NCBI RefSeq assembly: GCF_963921235.1
Contig: NC_086097.1
Location: 49,478,001-49,542,000 of the forward strand
From: Mobula hypostoma
Lineage: Eukaryota
DNA length: 64,000 nucleotides
Direction of reading: 5' to 3'
Shown here: positions 1 through 14,000 of the stretch, in pieces
Position numbering within the stretch: the first letter of the stretch is position 1
How the letters are laid out: every line of letters starts with the position of its first letter
Notes under the pieces: generated by a model
Seen by the model: only the letters and a program-made list of their open reading frames with translations
What the model was told of the DNA's origin: nothing
The model's database searches: none
Made by a program: the position numbers and the translations under genes

Positions 1-532
1 CAATGGACTAGATATTCATCAGCTATCTCAACATAAAATAATTAATTTGCACTTTTCCTTAAGTGGACTGTGACTATTATAATTTTCCAGTCACAGCTTA
101 CCACTCTGGAAATTTGATCAGTTCCAGGTGTAAACCAGATTTGTTGCTCCAATGTAGTTTCTGGGCCAGGTGGGCATCAAGTGGTAGTGTTTCTGGGAAA
201 ATTAGACTATGTTGTTGCATTAAATAATCATTGTATGAAACAGACATACAAATTCTCATTCCTCATACTCCATAAGCAGGGGCAGGCCTCTCTGTCCTTC
301 AACTGTGCATTTCTTGTCCACCCACAGCAATCTTACACCTAACAATCTGCTGGAGGAACTCAGCAGGTCAAGCTGCATCTGTGGGGTGAAAGGAACTGTT
401 GGCATCTTAAGTCCAAACCCTGCATTATGACTGGTGTCTCCCTCTTGCTCATCAAATCAAAGCCAACCTTTGGTATCCAGGTGATTTTCAAAAGAACACC
501 GATACTGCTCATTGAGGCATGTTTAACCATTC

Positions 533-905
533 AGAAACATAGAAACATAAAATACCTACAGCACAATATAGGCCCTTCGGCTCACAATGCTGTGCCGAAC
601 ATGTACTTACTTTAGAAATTGCCTAGGGTCACCCATAGCCCTCTATTTTTCTAAGCTCTATGTACCTATACAGGAGTCTCTTAAAAGACCCTATCATATC
701 TGCCTCCACCACTGTCACCAGCAGCCCATTCCACACACTCACCACTCTCTGTGTAAAAAACTTACAGCTGACATCTCCTCTGTATCTACTTACAAGCATC
801 TTAAAACTGTGCCCTCTCGTGTTAGCCATTTCAGCCCAGGGAAAAAGCCTCTGACTATCCACATGATCAATCCCTCTTATCATCTTATACACCTCTATCA
901 GTATT
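533..905 (-). mobile_element. CR1 LINE 3' fragment
   Basis: ORF2 C-terminus (LIEVYKMIRGID...TRGHSFK...FFTQRVVSVWNGL) plus (CATAGAAA)n tail. Confidence 0.85.
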
Positions 906-1039
906 TGATTTACGCCATACATACCACTTAGCTTTGAGGCTATAGAGTTCCACTTTAACCTTATCTGACTACAAGAGCTTCTTCCACATCTTAACAGTAT
1001 CTTCTAAATGATGCTTTGCAAAGGCTTTACAGGCAAGGT

Positions 1040-4000
1040 GCGATGAGAGGTCTAGGCAAGGATGGTAAGGACCCAAGTACTGGAGTAGCCGAGACTAGAA
1101 TGAAGACACGATTTTGAGACATAGATGAGAACAGGGTACATTACTAGATGCTAAACGAGAATCCAAATGAGGCAGAAATTCTAAACATAATCGCAGACTG
1201 AAACGAAGTTGACCTGACGACTGAGCACCGAACCCGAGTTCAGGTGCTCTTTAAATATCCAAATCTTGGTGCCAAAGCATGGCCGCCAATTAGCAGAGCA
1301 GGCCTGAATCTTTAAAAGGACCATCTCAGCTATCCATACTCCAAAAAATCAGAGTGTCTAAATCCCGGAGGCTGTCATGGCCGGGTGCATTCCATAACAG
1401 GGCCCCCTCCCCTAAAGCTGACTCCTGACAGACATGGCTGCTTGGGGTGACATTGACAGTAATCACGGATCAGTGCCAGGTCCAGGATGTCCTTTACTGC
1501 AACCCAGCACTATTCCTCGGGTCCAAACCCTACTCACTCAATGAGGAAATGCTGAACACCCCAAACAGTTTGTGAATCCAGAAGTTTATTTACAGTGAAG
1601 ACCATTCCACCATCCACAAATCTGGATGGTACTGGGCTGATGTTGCTGGGGCTAACGGTCTAGTACTCACAGGTTTTAACTTTGATACATGGAAGGTGGG
1701 ATAAACCTTGAGGGCCTTGGGGAACTGCGAAGTGTAAGCTACTGGGTTCACTTCTTAAGGACCTTGAAGGGCACAATGAACTTGGGCATCAGTTTCCTTG
1801 ACTCCAGCTGGAGAGGCAAACCTTGAGCAGACAACCAACTTTTTGCCCAGGCTGCAAAACTAGTCACTGTCTTCTCATATGGTTGGCCTTCAGTTTGGCC
1901 TTAAGGCTAGAGGCCAGTAAAATCTTTCTTGTCCTATTCCGTTTCTCTTTGCAGCACCTAATGAGATCTTTGACAACAGAAACCCCTACCTCAGCCTCCT
2001 GCTCAGTTAAGAGTGGTGGAGAAATCCCAAACTGGCATTCAAGCGGGGACATTCCATGCGCAGATTGCTGTAATATGTTGTGAGTGACCTCTGCCCACAT
2101 CAAATGATCACACCACTCATCTGTTCTTTCTGAGGCTAGGCAATCAGAGTTCTTTGTATATCCTGGTTCACCCACTCTATCTGACCATTGGAATGGGGGT
2201 GAAACCCAGAGGAAAGGCTCGCCGTAGCACCGATCAGCATACAGAATGATTTCCAAAAATGCAAAGCAAACTATGGACCACGATCGGACACAATGTCTAC
2301 CGGAAATCTATGGACCCTGAAGACCTGATGAAGGACGATCTCAGCTGTGTCCACCGCCAATAGTAGTTTGTCTAAAGATATGAATTTACAGGCTTTCCAG
2401 AAGCAATCTACAATTACTATGGTTGTCCGAACAAAAGAGCCCGAGGATCTCTTAGTTAGTACTGTCAGCAGAGCCACCACTAGGCTGAAGTTTCTAATGA
2501 ACTTTCTATAAAAGTTGGCAAATGCCGGAAATCATTGGACTTGTTTCATATTGGATAGTTGTGGCCAATCTCTGACTGCCTGTGTCTATCTTGAGATTGC
2601 CATTAGAGATGATAAAACCCAAAAATGAAACTGTGGTCACAAGAAATTTGGATTTCTCAAGCTTGACATAAAGTCCATGATCTAGAAGCTTCTTTCAGAT
2701 ATCTCTGATAGGAATGACGCGCTCCTCGATGTACTTCAAGAAAATTAGGATGTCGTCCAAATAGACAAATACCTCCTGGAGCCATCATTTTTGAAGGCCT
2801 GCACAACTGGCAGCGCATTAGCAAGACCAAAGGGGATGACCGGGTACTCATAGTGCCCTGTCGATGTGTTGAATGCAGTACTTCATTCACCACCCTCTTT
2901 TATAAAAACATAGAAGCACAGAAAACCTACAGTACAATACAGGCCCTTCAGCCCACAAAGCTGTGCTGAACACGTCCTTACCTTAGGAATTACCTAGGGT
3001 TACCTATAGCCCTCTATTTTTCTAAGCACCATGTACCTATACAGGAGTCTCTTAAAAGACCTATCATATCCACCTCCACCACCATTGCCGGCAGCCCATT
3101 CCACACACTCACCACTCTCTGCATAAAAAAACTTACCCCTGACATCTCCTCTGTACCTATTTCCAAGCACCTTAAAACTGTGCCCTTTCGTGCTAGCCAT
3201 TTCAACCCTGGAAAAAAGCCTCTGGCTATCCACATGATCAATGCCTCTCATCATCTTGTACACCTCTATCAGGTCACCTCTCAACCTCTGTCACTCCAAG
3301 GGGAATAGGCCAAGTTCACTCAACCTATTCTCATAAGTCATTTCCCCCAATCCTGTCAACATCATTGTAAGTCTCCTCCGCACCCTTTTTATGGTTTCCA
3401 CATCCTTCCTGTAGTGAGGCGACCAGAACTGAGCACAGTACTCCAAATGGGGTCTGACCAGGCTCTAAATAGTTGCAACATTACCTCTCGACTCCTAAAC
3501 TCAGTCCCACAATTGATGAAGGCCAATTCACCATATGCTTCCTTAACCACAGAGTCAACCTGCGCAGCTATATTCTGCCATCATATTTGACCTACCAAAA
3601 TGAATCACCTCACACTTATCTGAGTTGAACTCCATCCGCCACTTCTCATCCTATCAATGTCCCGCTGTAACCTCTGACAGCCCTCCACACTATCCACAAC
3701 ATCCCCAACCTTTGTGTCATCAGCAAATTTACTAATTCATCCCTCCACTTCCTCATCCAGGTCATTTATAAAAATCACAAAGAGTAGGAGTCCTAGAACA
3801 GATCCCTAAGGCACACCACTGGCCACTGAACTCCATGCAAAATATGACCCATCTACAACCACTCTTTGCCTTCTGTGGGCAAGCCATTTCTAGATCCACA
3901 AAGCAGAATCCTATGCCTCCATACTTTCTCAATAAGCCTTCCATGGGGTACCTTATCAAATGCCTTGCTGAAACCCATATACACTGCATCTACTACTCTA

Positions 4001-5710
4001 CCACCATCAATGTGTTTAGACACATCCTCAAAAAATTCAATCAGGCTCATAAGGTACGACCTGCCTTTGACAAAGCCATGCTGACTATTCGTAATCATAT
4101 TATGCCTCCCCAAATGTTCATAAATTCTGCCTCTCAGGATCTTTTCAATCAACTTACCAACCACTGAAGTAAGACTCATTGATCTATAATTTCCTGGGCT
4201 ATCAGTACTCCCTTTATTGAATAAGGGAATAACATCCACAATCCTCCAATCCTCTGGAACCTCTCCCGGCCCCATTGATGATGCAAAGATCATTGCCACA
4301 GGCTCAGCAATTTCCTCCCTCGCCTCCCACAGTAGCCTGGGGTACATCTCATCTGGTCCCGGTGACTTACCCAATTTGATGCTTTCCAAAAGCTCCAGCG
4401 CATCCTCTTTCTTAATACCCATATGTTCAAGCTTTTCAGTCCGCTGTAAGTCATCCCGACAATCACCAAGATCCTTTTCCATAGTGAATACTGAAGCAAA
4501 GTACTCATTAAGTACCTCTGCTGTATTCTCCAGTTCCATACACACTTTTCCACTGTCACACTTGATTGGTCATATTCTTTCACAACTTATCATCTTGCGC
4601 TTCACATACTTGTAGAATGTGGACCAGATTGTATGCACTCCGCAAGTTTAGTTTTGAGGATACTCTTGCTCCTTGGAATATCTCAAAGACATTGTTCATG
4701 AGTGGACGGGGGTAACAATTCTTGTCTGATATGCAATTCCTCTATAATATGATCCTCTATAATCAATGCACGGCCATAGGCTTCTGTCCTTTTTCTGTAC
4801 GAAGAAGAAGCCTAAGCCTGCAGGTAAGGTAGAAAGCCATTGCAAATGCTTCTTCTGTGTACTCCTCCATAGCGCATCTCTCTGGGCCAGAGAGCACGTA
4901 CAATCAACCCTGTTGAGGACAAGTACAGGCAATAGATCTATTTCACAGTTGTATAGTCAATTCAGTGGCAGCATTGAGGCCTTTCCCTTGCTGAAGGCCT
5001 TTTCCAAATTCCGGTAGATGGAGGGAATTTTGACTGGCTTGGGTATTGCAATTACCTCCGATCATCCCTCCAAGGATGACTCTTGGGGCTCCTTATGTAC
5101 CGGGGGCAACTCAGCAGACCTCGGAGTCTCCTCCATAGGTTCACTTGAGTCCTTCATCGAAACAGAGTCCAAATCAGAGTTAAAATCTTCATCTATAACC
5201 TCGAACAACGGCAATAGGATGACACCTGCGACTAGACAGGTTAGGGCCTCATACAGTCCTGTTGACTGGAGCCAGCTTGACCACTCTTGGAGGCATGACT
5301 GGGTCTCTCGAATGCTTTGGTTACCCTGAGCAAACGTCTGCCTCCTTGTCGGCCATTAAGAATCCAGGTGTTGGAACACCAAACTGAAAACAAAGACTTA
5401 ACCATGCGATGATTATCCCTTCCTTCCAGTTCATGAAAGGGTTATGCTTAGACAGACAAGGGTGCACGAGGATCAGGGATATGTAAAGAAAATCCATGAC
5501 AGGAACAGAAACGCAATCACAGACTGAACCAAAGTTGAGCTGACAGCTGAGTACCACACCTAAGTTCAGGTGCTCTTTAAATATCCAAGTCTTGGCATCA
5601 AAACATGGCCACCAATTAGCAAAGAAGCCAGAATCTTTAAAGGGACCATGCCAGCTATCTATATTCTGGTGAATCAGAATGTACAAACCCCAGAGGCTCG
5701 CGCAGTCGGC
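1040..5710 (-). mobile_element. Decayed chromodomain-bearing (sushi-type) Ty3/Gypsy LTR retrotransposon, internally deleted
   Basis: Diverged LTR-like direct repeats (~1180-1390 vs ~5500-5710) and PPT at ~1401-1415. Chromodomain remnant (GFGPEE*CWVAVKDILD, ~1470-1560), integrase (VDCFWKACKFI...IVSDRGP), RT ([29 protein letters not shown]). Confidence 0.8.
2904..4616 (-). mobile_element. CR1 LINE (5'-truncated, RT region) nested in the Gypsy RT
   Basis: ORF 3853-4545: KSPGPDEMYPRLL...PEDWR...GNYR...SQHGFVKGRS...FSKAFDKVPH; 3' tail near 2905. Confidence 0.9.
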
Positions 5711-5714
5711 TGCT

Positions 5715-6730
5715 TTTTTTTTGCCGGGGCTCCTTCCTTACCACTCTTCCATAAATACCCTTTTTGTGTGAGGTCTTAGTGATTGGGGAACTATGAACTT
5801 CATCTCCAGTTGCAACCACAGACTTCTGCAGCTTACTCAGAGTGACTGTTGGCATCAAAGTAGCCTTTCTTGCAAGTACCATTCTTACCCAGCGACTAAT
5901 TTTAGAAGCGGCCTGACCTATTCAATATGGCAGTGGTACTATATTTTTTCCACTTTTTCATGATGGACTACACTGAGCTCAGAGGTATGTTTCTTACCTT
6001 TGAGATGGTCTTGTATCCTTCCTCATATTTGTGCTTCTCTATTTTCTTTTCCCTATCTTGTCTTGAATGCTTTTTTGTCTTCATTTTGATATAACTTATA
6101 TAGGCATCTGTTAGTCTCATGAGACCATGCATTTGCGCCTTGGAAGGTTTCCAGGGCGCAGGCCTGGGCAAGGTCGTATGGAAGACCAGCAGTTGCCCAT
6201 GCTGCAAGTCTCCCCTTTTCACGCCACCGATGTTGTCCACGGGAAGGGCATTAGGACCCATACAGCTTGGCACCGGTGTTGTCGCAGAGCAATGTGTGGT
6301 TAAGTGCCTTGCTCAAGGAAACACACGCTGCCTCCGCCAAGGCTCAAACATTTTGGTATAGTCTGTTGAAAACCTACCATGCTACTGGACCTTACAGAGA
6401 GAGGGAGTATTTATTCTTATGAATTAATTGAAAACAGGTAATCCTCCAATCCTCTAAATTAGGTGAGTTGGTGAGGTAATAGTGTATATTGCACCTGAGG
6501 AAAGTTAGCGCAGTAACTACAAAGAGAACGAATATTTTTTCAGCCTTTAAGTATTCACTTTAAATTTTTAGTAAATTGTTGACAGGTTCTGGAACTTTTC
6601 TTTTGATTTGACCTATGAATAATGTTTAGTAGATTAGCTCAAAAATACTATTTCAATATATTTTACATTTAGAAAATGAGACAGTAAAGTGTGAAAATAA
6701 TTACGGGGGCTGAATACATTTTCAAGGTAT
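5715..6730 (-). mobile_element. Tc1 transposon 5' remnant (TIR plus N-terminal transposase)
   Basis: MKTKKHSRQDREKKIEKHKYEEGYKTISKVRNIPLSSV and ...MPTVTLSKLQKSVVATG...GIYGRVVRKEP; TIR-like GGGGGCTGAATACATTTTCAAGG at ~6704-6727. Confidence 0.75.
6094..6348 (-). mobile_element. SINE (CORE-like) inserted at the Tc1 start codon
   Basis: GGTTAAGTGCCTTGCTCAAGG core-like motif; flanking 12-bp repeats CATTTTGATATA (6082-6093) / CATTTTGGTATA (6349-6360). Confidence 0.65.
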
Positions 6731-7569
6731 AAAGATCAAATAGTTGTAAGTTAAAACTAAATAATATTCCTTATTTAGCTTTTGGTCATAAACGGGAACC
6801 AACCTTCAGATTTAAATGTAAATGGAAAGCAATAATCAGTTTGAAGTTGTAAAAACACAGCTTTGCAAACAGGTGCAGCATCTATAGAAAGCAAGATGTT
6901 TGTCATTGCACCTGTATTATTGCTGGCTAATTTGGCTTGTTTCAAAATTGACAATGTGGGCTAGGTTATTTGATTCAAAGAATCTTGCAAATCAGATGCA
7001 GGGAATCACTTACAATAACTGATTTATTAATAGGTTGGGAATTTGTTGTACTCAAGGAAGTTAGCTTAACAGCATTAATTGTGAATAGCTGGGAGACTGT
7101 TATTGTAAAAAGTGTATGTGAGGAAATATCATAAATAAGTGAAGTCACCCTAGTGTTAGAAAAAATGTACATAAGTAGGGTGCAGTTTAGGCTTATTAGG
7201 AATGGTTAAAGTGCATCAAGAAGGATGATAGAAAGATGGGTCAGCAAGAATTCATTCCTCTGGCTTAGATTTCTGCAAAGGACAATACGTTCATCTGCAT
7301 CATTGGTATGTATTTTTTTAGCTTATTGGAATTGCACCTGTGTTTTGGAAATCCTTTGTGTTTTAGAAATGCTCTGTAATTTAGAAAAAAAATTATAAGA
7401 TAGAAATCCTGTGTAAGTTTTAAATGTTTTTTAAAGAATGTTGTTTGGATTTAAACGTGCATCACTGAAAGTAAATGAATTGTGTTTAAACTACTATGTT
7501 AGTTTCTTCTCCGTGGTAGAGACAGGGGACCAACCACTCAAATAGTGGGTAGTGGCAGTTAAACTCAAA

Positions 7570-7802
7570 GACAAGAAAATGTGTAGATGCTGGAAATCCA
7601 AAGCAAAAGTCACAAAATGCTGCAGGAACTCAGCGGGCCAGGCAGCATCTATGGAAAAAGGTAAACAGACGATGTTTCTTGTTGAGACCCTTCATCAGGA
7701 CAAAATAGTCCTGTATGAAGGATCTCGTCCTGAAACATCAACTGTTAGTTTTTTTCAATAGATGCCATCTGGCCTGCTGGGCTCCTCCCGCATTTTGTGT
7801 GG
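7570..7802. mobile_element. Old Penelope-like terminal repeat pair in inverted orientation
   Basis: Two decayed copies of the hammerhead-bearing terminus pointing outward from a 6-bp spacer (..CCCTTCATCAGGAC aaaata GTCCTGTATGAAGGATCTCG..). Confidence 0.7.
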
Positions 7803-8728
7803 GCAGCTAAACTCATTATGGAGAATAAACAGGAAAGTGAAGAAGTCTTTGACTAGTAGTTGCAGTATAATCTCCCTTTAGTGAGGACTTGTGGCTATTT
7901 ATATCCGATAGGGCTTAAGGTCTTCATTTGAGTTTAGAACTTTATGGTCAGCAAACTCAATAACATCACATTCTGAGAGGCTGGAGTTTACGTGTGTTAT
8001 GATTGGACTCTTGAAGCACTTGATAATGATGGATATCACAGCAGTCATTAGTAGTCACGAAGGCACATTACCTTGTTTTAAAGGGTAAGGAGATGAAATA
8101 TACATTTCAAGCAACATTTTACTTTGCAGTTTTATATGTTAAGGCCAACAATACTCAAGTAAAATACAACAAAACTAAATAAATAAATTATTGTAACGAC
8201 TGCAGTGCCTTATGTATGTAAGTAAATACACTAAAATTATTTTTACATTTGAAATAAAGTCCACTCTTTGAGCTCACTATCATAAAAGCAATCTTCGGTT
8301 TTTGCCAATTACATGAGAAGCCCAGATGCATAAATACTGGGCAAATGAGAGTTTATTGCATATGAATTTTAGGAAGAATTAGAATTTCACGACCTGAGTG
8401 CATCTGCAATATATGCCCTTAGTAAGATGTGCAAATTTACTATCCAAAAGAAACAAAATTAAGGATTCTGCAGTTTAAACATTCAATATATCAGCCTAGA
8501 AATTGGAATTCACTATCTCTGTATTATAGATCTGATACCATAGCATTAATCCAGATCCCCCATAAAAATGAAATTGGTGAAACTGACTAAAAGGAACATT
8601 CTGGTGGTTTACATCCAGAATCATGCATGAAAACAGATTTGCTCTGTTACCAGTGAGAAAAGACCACACTAGCATGTCTTTGGCCTAATTTACTTTGAGA
8701 AGAATATCAAACATTCAGGGAATTACCC

Positions 8729-8875
8729 AAACACGAGGAAATCTGCAGATGCTGGAACTTCAAGCAACACACACAAAAGTTGCTGGTGAACGCAGCAGGC
8801 CAGGCAGCATCTCTAGGAAGAGGTACAGTCGACGTTTCAGGCCGAGACCCTCTTTTGTGTGTATGTTGGTTGAAA
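8729..8875 (-). mobile_element. Short Penelope-like insertion
   Basis: Reverse complement of the 49320-49437 terminus; flanked by GGAATTACCC (8719-8728 / 8876-8885); short inverted piece at the truncated end. Confidence 0.8.
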
Positions 8876-11779
8876 GGAATTACCCGATGGCAGCCACAAT
8901 ACAGCTGTGTATAAGGCTGTCAAAAAAGTGCAGGAAAACACAGGGGAAGTGAGATAAGACAATGGTTAAGTGTGGGCATCTCACATGTGTATGCTGCTCT
9001 GACATGCATTCTATAAAAAGATGGAAATTAGTGATGAAACAACTGGTGATGATTCAGTGCCATCTGCCAGCCTCTTGCTCGCTGCTGCCAAAGGAGAGAG
9101 AGGGAGCGTCTCTCTCTCTTGTGGCTGTCTGTGGGGAAGATGAATTTCTGGGTTGTATACTGACTTTGATGATAAATGTACTTTGAAACTTGATTCACCA
9201 AATACCATACACTTCGAAAACTAAGCTGGAGATGCAGTTCAAGACATGAATATCAGATTGAATATCCATTAACTGAAATCCTACTGGCAAACTAAGTGCA
9301 ATGTGTTCCTAGTTTTAATGGGTATTTAAGAAATTTAGAAGATTGCAACCAAAAGCTCCAATTTATGTCAGCAATAGAGGAAACATGTGTCAAGTGATTC
9401 ATGATGTCATCAATGTAATGTTATACATTAAAAAGCATACATGCTTTAAAGAACTTTATGAAGAGTTATGGCAAGAAAAAGGACATACAGCACAACAGAA
9501 ATGACTCTGTTAAAGGAACCACTTCTCAAGGGTAAAGGAAAACTGAGAAAAAATAATCCAGATAGTAATCTTAAAAACAATGATCCTGAATTCAGCATCT
9601 CCTGTCTCCACGATCCTACTCATGCTAAGTACTATATCCAAAATATCAACCAATAAACAGAAAAAATACATATATTGCTCAATTTATGGAGCTCAATAAC
9701 CTCAAACTCACATTAGAAGCATTTGACAGGTTGCCATACACAGCGATACCTAAGATGTATGATGCCTTTCTCCAATTCACTTCTCTAAGCTGAAAGTGTC
9801 ATTAATTTTCAAAGTGGGTTTGGGATCAGTATTGGTTTACAGGGAAAAGCATGTCTTGTGTATTGTTTATACAGATCAAATTGTCACACTGTGCTCAGGA
9901 GAACAAGCTAGAACAATAACAATGCAGAGGAAAGTGTAGGAGCTACAGAGCAAGTGCACTGCTTGTAACAATAAAGTGTAAATTCAAGTTCCAGTTCAAG
10001 CTCAAGTTTAATTGTCATTCAGCCTTACATGAATGCCATTAATACAGTTAAATGAAACACCATTACTCCAGGGCCAAGGTGCAAAACACAGTACCAACAA
10101 TCATGCACAGCACAAGGCACATACAAGATAGCAAGCACGTATAAGATAGAAGTAAAATACAGTCACACAAAAAACTATAGTCCAAGTCCCCAAGTCCACG
10201 AATGTTGCAGCAGTCTGCAGTCGAACAGAATACACCCTGTCTTCTGCTGAGCAAACACAAGGGGGCAGCACCAACTCAACCAATGATGCCACTCCACACC
10301 ATTACTGGCACTCCAGTGGAGTATCCAATTCCGCTCCTCCCCCAGGTAGCTGCAAACAGGTGGCACCGTGCCTTCAGACCTCATCCTCGCTACAACCGAG
10401 GCCACGCAGCTTCCTGCTGTCTGCTCCCATTATTCACCAATAAGCCAGTGAACTAGACTTGCAGCATTTCACATTAACAATGTCTAACAGAGTCTTGCAA
10501 TCACAGAAAAAGTGACTAAGATGCTCACTCGCTGTTGGACAGCAACACCTCCTTTGCGCATTGACTCTGATGTCTCTCTGTAGCAGGCAACATCAGGGTC
10601 TGCACCACTTATAGTTCCTTCAGTTTCTCTGCCAACAAGGAACTCACTGATGGGGTACACACGTAGTACTTTAAGTTCTTAATGTCAGCAGAGTCTTGCA
10701 ATCATAAAAAAATGTTTAAAAAAGACATAACACCTTTGGCAGGCCCCATAGAGGCTGCAGCGTCCAAGCACACCAGAAGCAAAAGCTTATCATACAAAAG
10801 GTCAATTCAAGAGTCTGATGACAATGGGACAAAAGCTGTCCTTCAGCCTGGTGGTATGTACTTCCAAGCGTTTGCATCATATATTGTGAAGAATGAAGAT
10901 TTCCTTTGAGTAACAAGTCCATGCTGGCCACATTGTCCACTAGTCCCAATTTCCCACATTCTCTCCAATCTCTATAGGCTCCATCCCTCCATGTACCTAT
11001 CAAAGTACTTCTTAAATGATACTATTGTACCTATCTCAACCACTTCCTCTGACAGCTCATTCAATACACACACAGCCTCTGTGATAAAAAGTTACCCCTC
11101 ATGTCCCTTTTAAATCCCCTCTCACCCTAAATCTATGCCCCCTGAATTTGGCCTCCCCCATTCTGCGGGAAGATTATTACCATCCAACTTATCTATGCTT
11201 CATAATTTTAAACACTTCCATAAGGTCGCACCTCTCTATAGATCAAGCCCTCAAGTACTGGCAACATCTTTGTAAATATTTTCGTTCTTTTTTCAGTTTA
11301 ACCTTGCCTTTCCCATAACAGGGAGACCAAGTCTATATACAGTACTCCAAGTGCAGCCTTCCTAAGAACTTGTACAACCACAACATAATGTCCCAACTCC
11401 TATACTCAGTTCCCCAACAGACCTACTCTCATCTATCTATCCTTTGGGTTAGATCTTCGAAGAATTCTGAAAGATTTGTTGCACAGAACTTCCCATGAAC
11501 AAAGCCATGTTGACTTCTGATCAGACTTGGTCTATACAAATGCTGGCAGATCCTGTCCCTCAGAATTCCCTCCAGAAACTTCACCACAAATGATGTCCCA
11601 CTGAATGACCTGTAATTCCATTATGTTATCATACCCTCAGATTGCAAATATAACACAGTACATTCTAACACATTGTGACCCTAAAAGAGTGGATGGGTAG
11701 ACAGAGCATTTCCCTATTTACAGAATTTCCAATGTTAAATTAAAGGGTACTCAACTAAACATGCTAGTGGAAATGTGTT

Positions 11780-11982
11780 GTTCAGTTCCACACCTTGTGG
11801 CGCATTGGGCAGTATCCTTCCAGTTTCTTTAGCATTTTTGTCTGTTTTTTTTATGAGGGTGAGTTGCTAGCTCTACACTCAACCCAGCACAGATGGAAAG
11901 CATGCAAAGAGCCAGCTGGATTCAAACCCGGACCCACTCGCCTCGAAGTCCGGTATGAATGCCACGACACCACCAGCCAGCA
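11780..11982 (-). mobile_element. tRNA-derived SINE
   Basis: Minus strand A-box-like GGTGTCGTGG and B-box-like GGTTTGAATCC; related to the 26300-26563 copy. Confidence 0.65.
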
Positions 11983-12547
11983 CAGTGAAAAGGTACAACT
12001 ATGTAAATATTCTGGAACTTACTATCTGTAGTGTATATTTACCATCTGCCTTGTACAATTTTCCTCAGAAAATTAAATAGGAAATGGTAGAATTTACAAA
12101 ATGGCCCAATTTTGCACAGAATAACAGTGCAACAAATAGTATAATTGAATCTGAATCAGAAGTATCACAGTCAGAAGAATCAGAATCAGGTTTATTATCA
12201 CAGAAATATGTTGTGAAATTTATTGTTTTGCAGCAGCTGAAGTGCAATACATATAAGTTACAGTAAGAAATATAATGAACATACTGTAAGTAGTACAAAA
12301 AGAGAGCAACAAGTGAGGTAATGCTCATGGGTTCATAGCCTGTTCAGAAATCTGATGGTGGATGGAATGTTTGCCGCAATTACAGAGGAAATTGGACTGT
12401 AACTTTCTGCATCTACACAGTCAAATGAAGTTATTGGGAAGTTCCTGTGTGGTTTTCCACTGCTCTTCCAAAAGTTTCAATACAATACCCAGAAGGGGAT
12501 TTGACAGTCAGAAACACAGCGAACCTGCAGATACTGACTAAACTTTG

Positions 12548-13113
12548 TGTAACCCTCAGGTTCGGTTGGCAGCGTTAGTCTAGACAGTCTCTGGCCCTGC
12601 CAAACGTGTGGAATCTGAGGTGCAAAACCTCGTTTGTGTGGATGCTGTGTGATCAATTCCGGCATTATAAATCAGTACCACGAAATAACAGATAGTATGC
12701 AATTAAACGATTTAGCTATATAATTCTTAATTTGACCAAAGGGTTAGTAAAGAAAACAAAAAGAAGAGGGCCCATTTTAATGAAACAGTCTAATGTGCAC
12801 ATGTTGGAGCTCATGGTTTCCCTTCCGTTGGTCCTCCATCGAGTTCCCCCGGACTTCGTCGACTCCCAGCCCCACTCCAAGTCTACTCTGTCCTGCTGGC
12901 TACAACCCCTCATTTCAGGTGTCTTCTCTCTTCATCTCTCGCCAAACAAAAGACGCAGATCACCTCCTTCTCAGGCACACAATAAGTAAAAAAACACTCC
13001 CTTCAATGGATGGCACACATTCCAAAGACCCCGTTATCTCTAGCCATAACCTAAACACAGCTGCTACAGAAAAACCATTACATTAGCAGTGAAACCTTTC
13101 CCAGGGTGTTACC
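12548..13113 (-). repeat. 3' LTR of the PNMA-type Gypsy
   Basis: Colinear with 19498-20232; adjacent to the polypurine tract. Confidence 0.92.
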
Positions 13114-14000
13114 CTCTCCCCCCACCAAATTTAGTCATGTCCTCATGACATTGAGATAATTTTCCAACACTTCCCGCAAAGCACCTCTTGTCCCAGAGGG
13201 AGAAGGTGGTTCCAGTGGAGAATCTTGACAGGCCCATTCCCATCCTCTGGTTTCATATGGAAAACTGGTACGTTTGGCATCTGACTCCCCACTACATAGG
13301 GCATAGCTGCCCAGTGGTCAGCCAACTTATGCTTCCCAGGTAGCCCCAAACTCCTAATGAAGACTCGGTCTCCTAGCATGAGCTGGGAGAACCTAACCTT
13401 TTGATCATACCTCCTCTTACTTCCTTGATTCTGCTTAGCAGCCATGACCTCAGGAAATTCATAAGCCTTTTTCAGCTCCCTTCTCATATCAGACAGATAC
13501 TTCAGATAAATGTTTGACGGTAGGTCTTCCTCGCCAGTCGCAAAACAAAGGTCGATGGGCAACCTCGCCTGGCGCCCAAACATCAGATAATATGGCAAGT
13601 ACCCGGTAGATTCATTTCGTGTATAGTTGTAGCAGCGGACCAGATGTCCTAGATGTTGACTCCACTTGTTCTTCTTGTTGATTTCCAAGGTTTCGAGCAT
13701 GTCTAACAAGGTCCGATTAAACCTCTCTGACTGGGGATCACCCTGTGAGTGATAAGGAGTAGTCCTCGACTTATTGAGTCCAGTAACTCAGTAACTCATG
13801 CTCAGCATGCGTTACAGCATGCTCAGTAACTCCTGTATGAGCCTACTCTCGAAATCCTGTCCCTGATCACTATGTATCTGCCTGGGAAGGCCATAATAAA
13901 TGAACTACTTTTCCCATAACACTTTGACCACCATGGACGCCTTCTGATCCTTGGTAGGGAAAGCTTGCGCATATCAGGTGTAGTGATCCGTGATGACTAA

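Noticed and set aside
12145..12370. Similar (GAATCA)n-headed sequence on both sides of the PNMA Gypsy (also 20250-20515, and inverted at ~34720-34880)
   Set aside because: Independent copies of an abundant LINE 3' end; the true Gypsy TSD is the 4-bp TTTG
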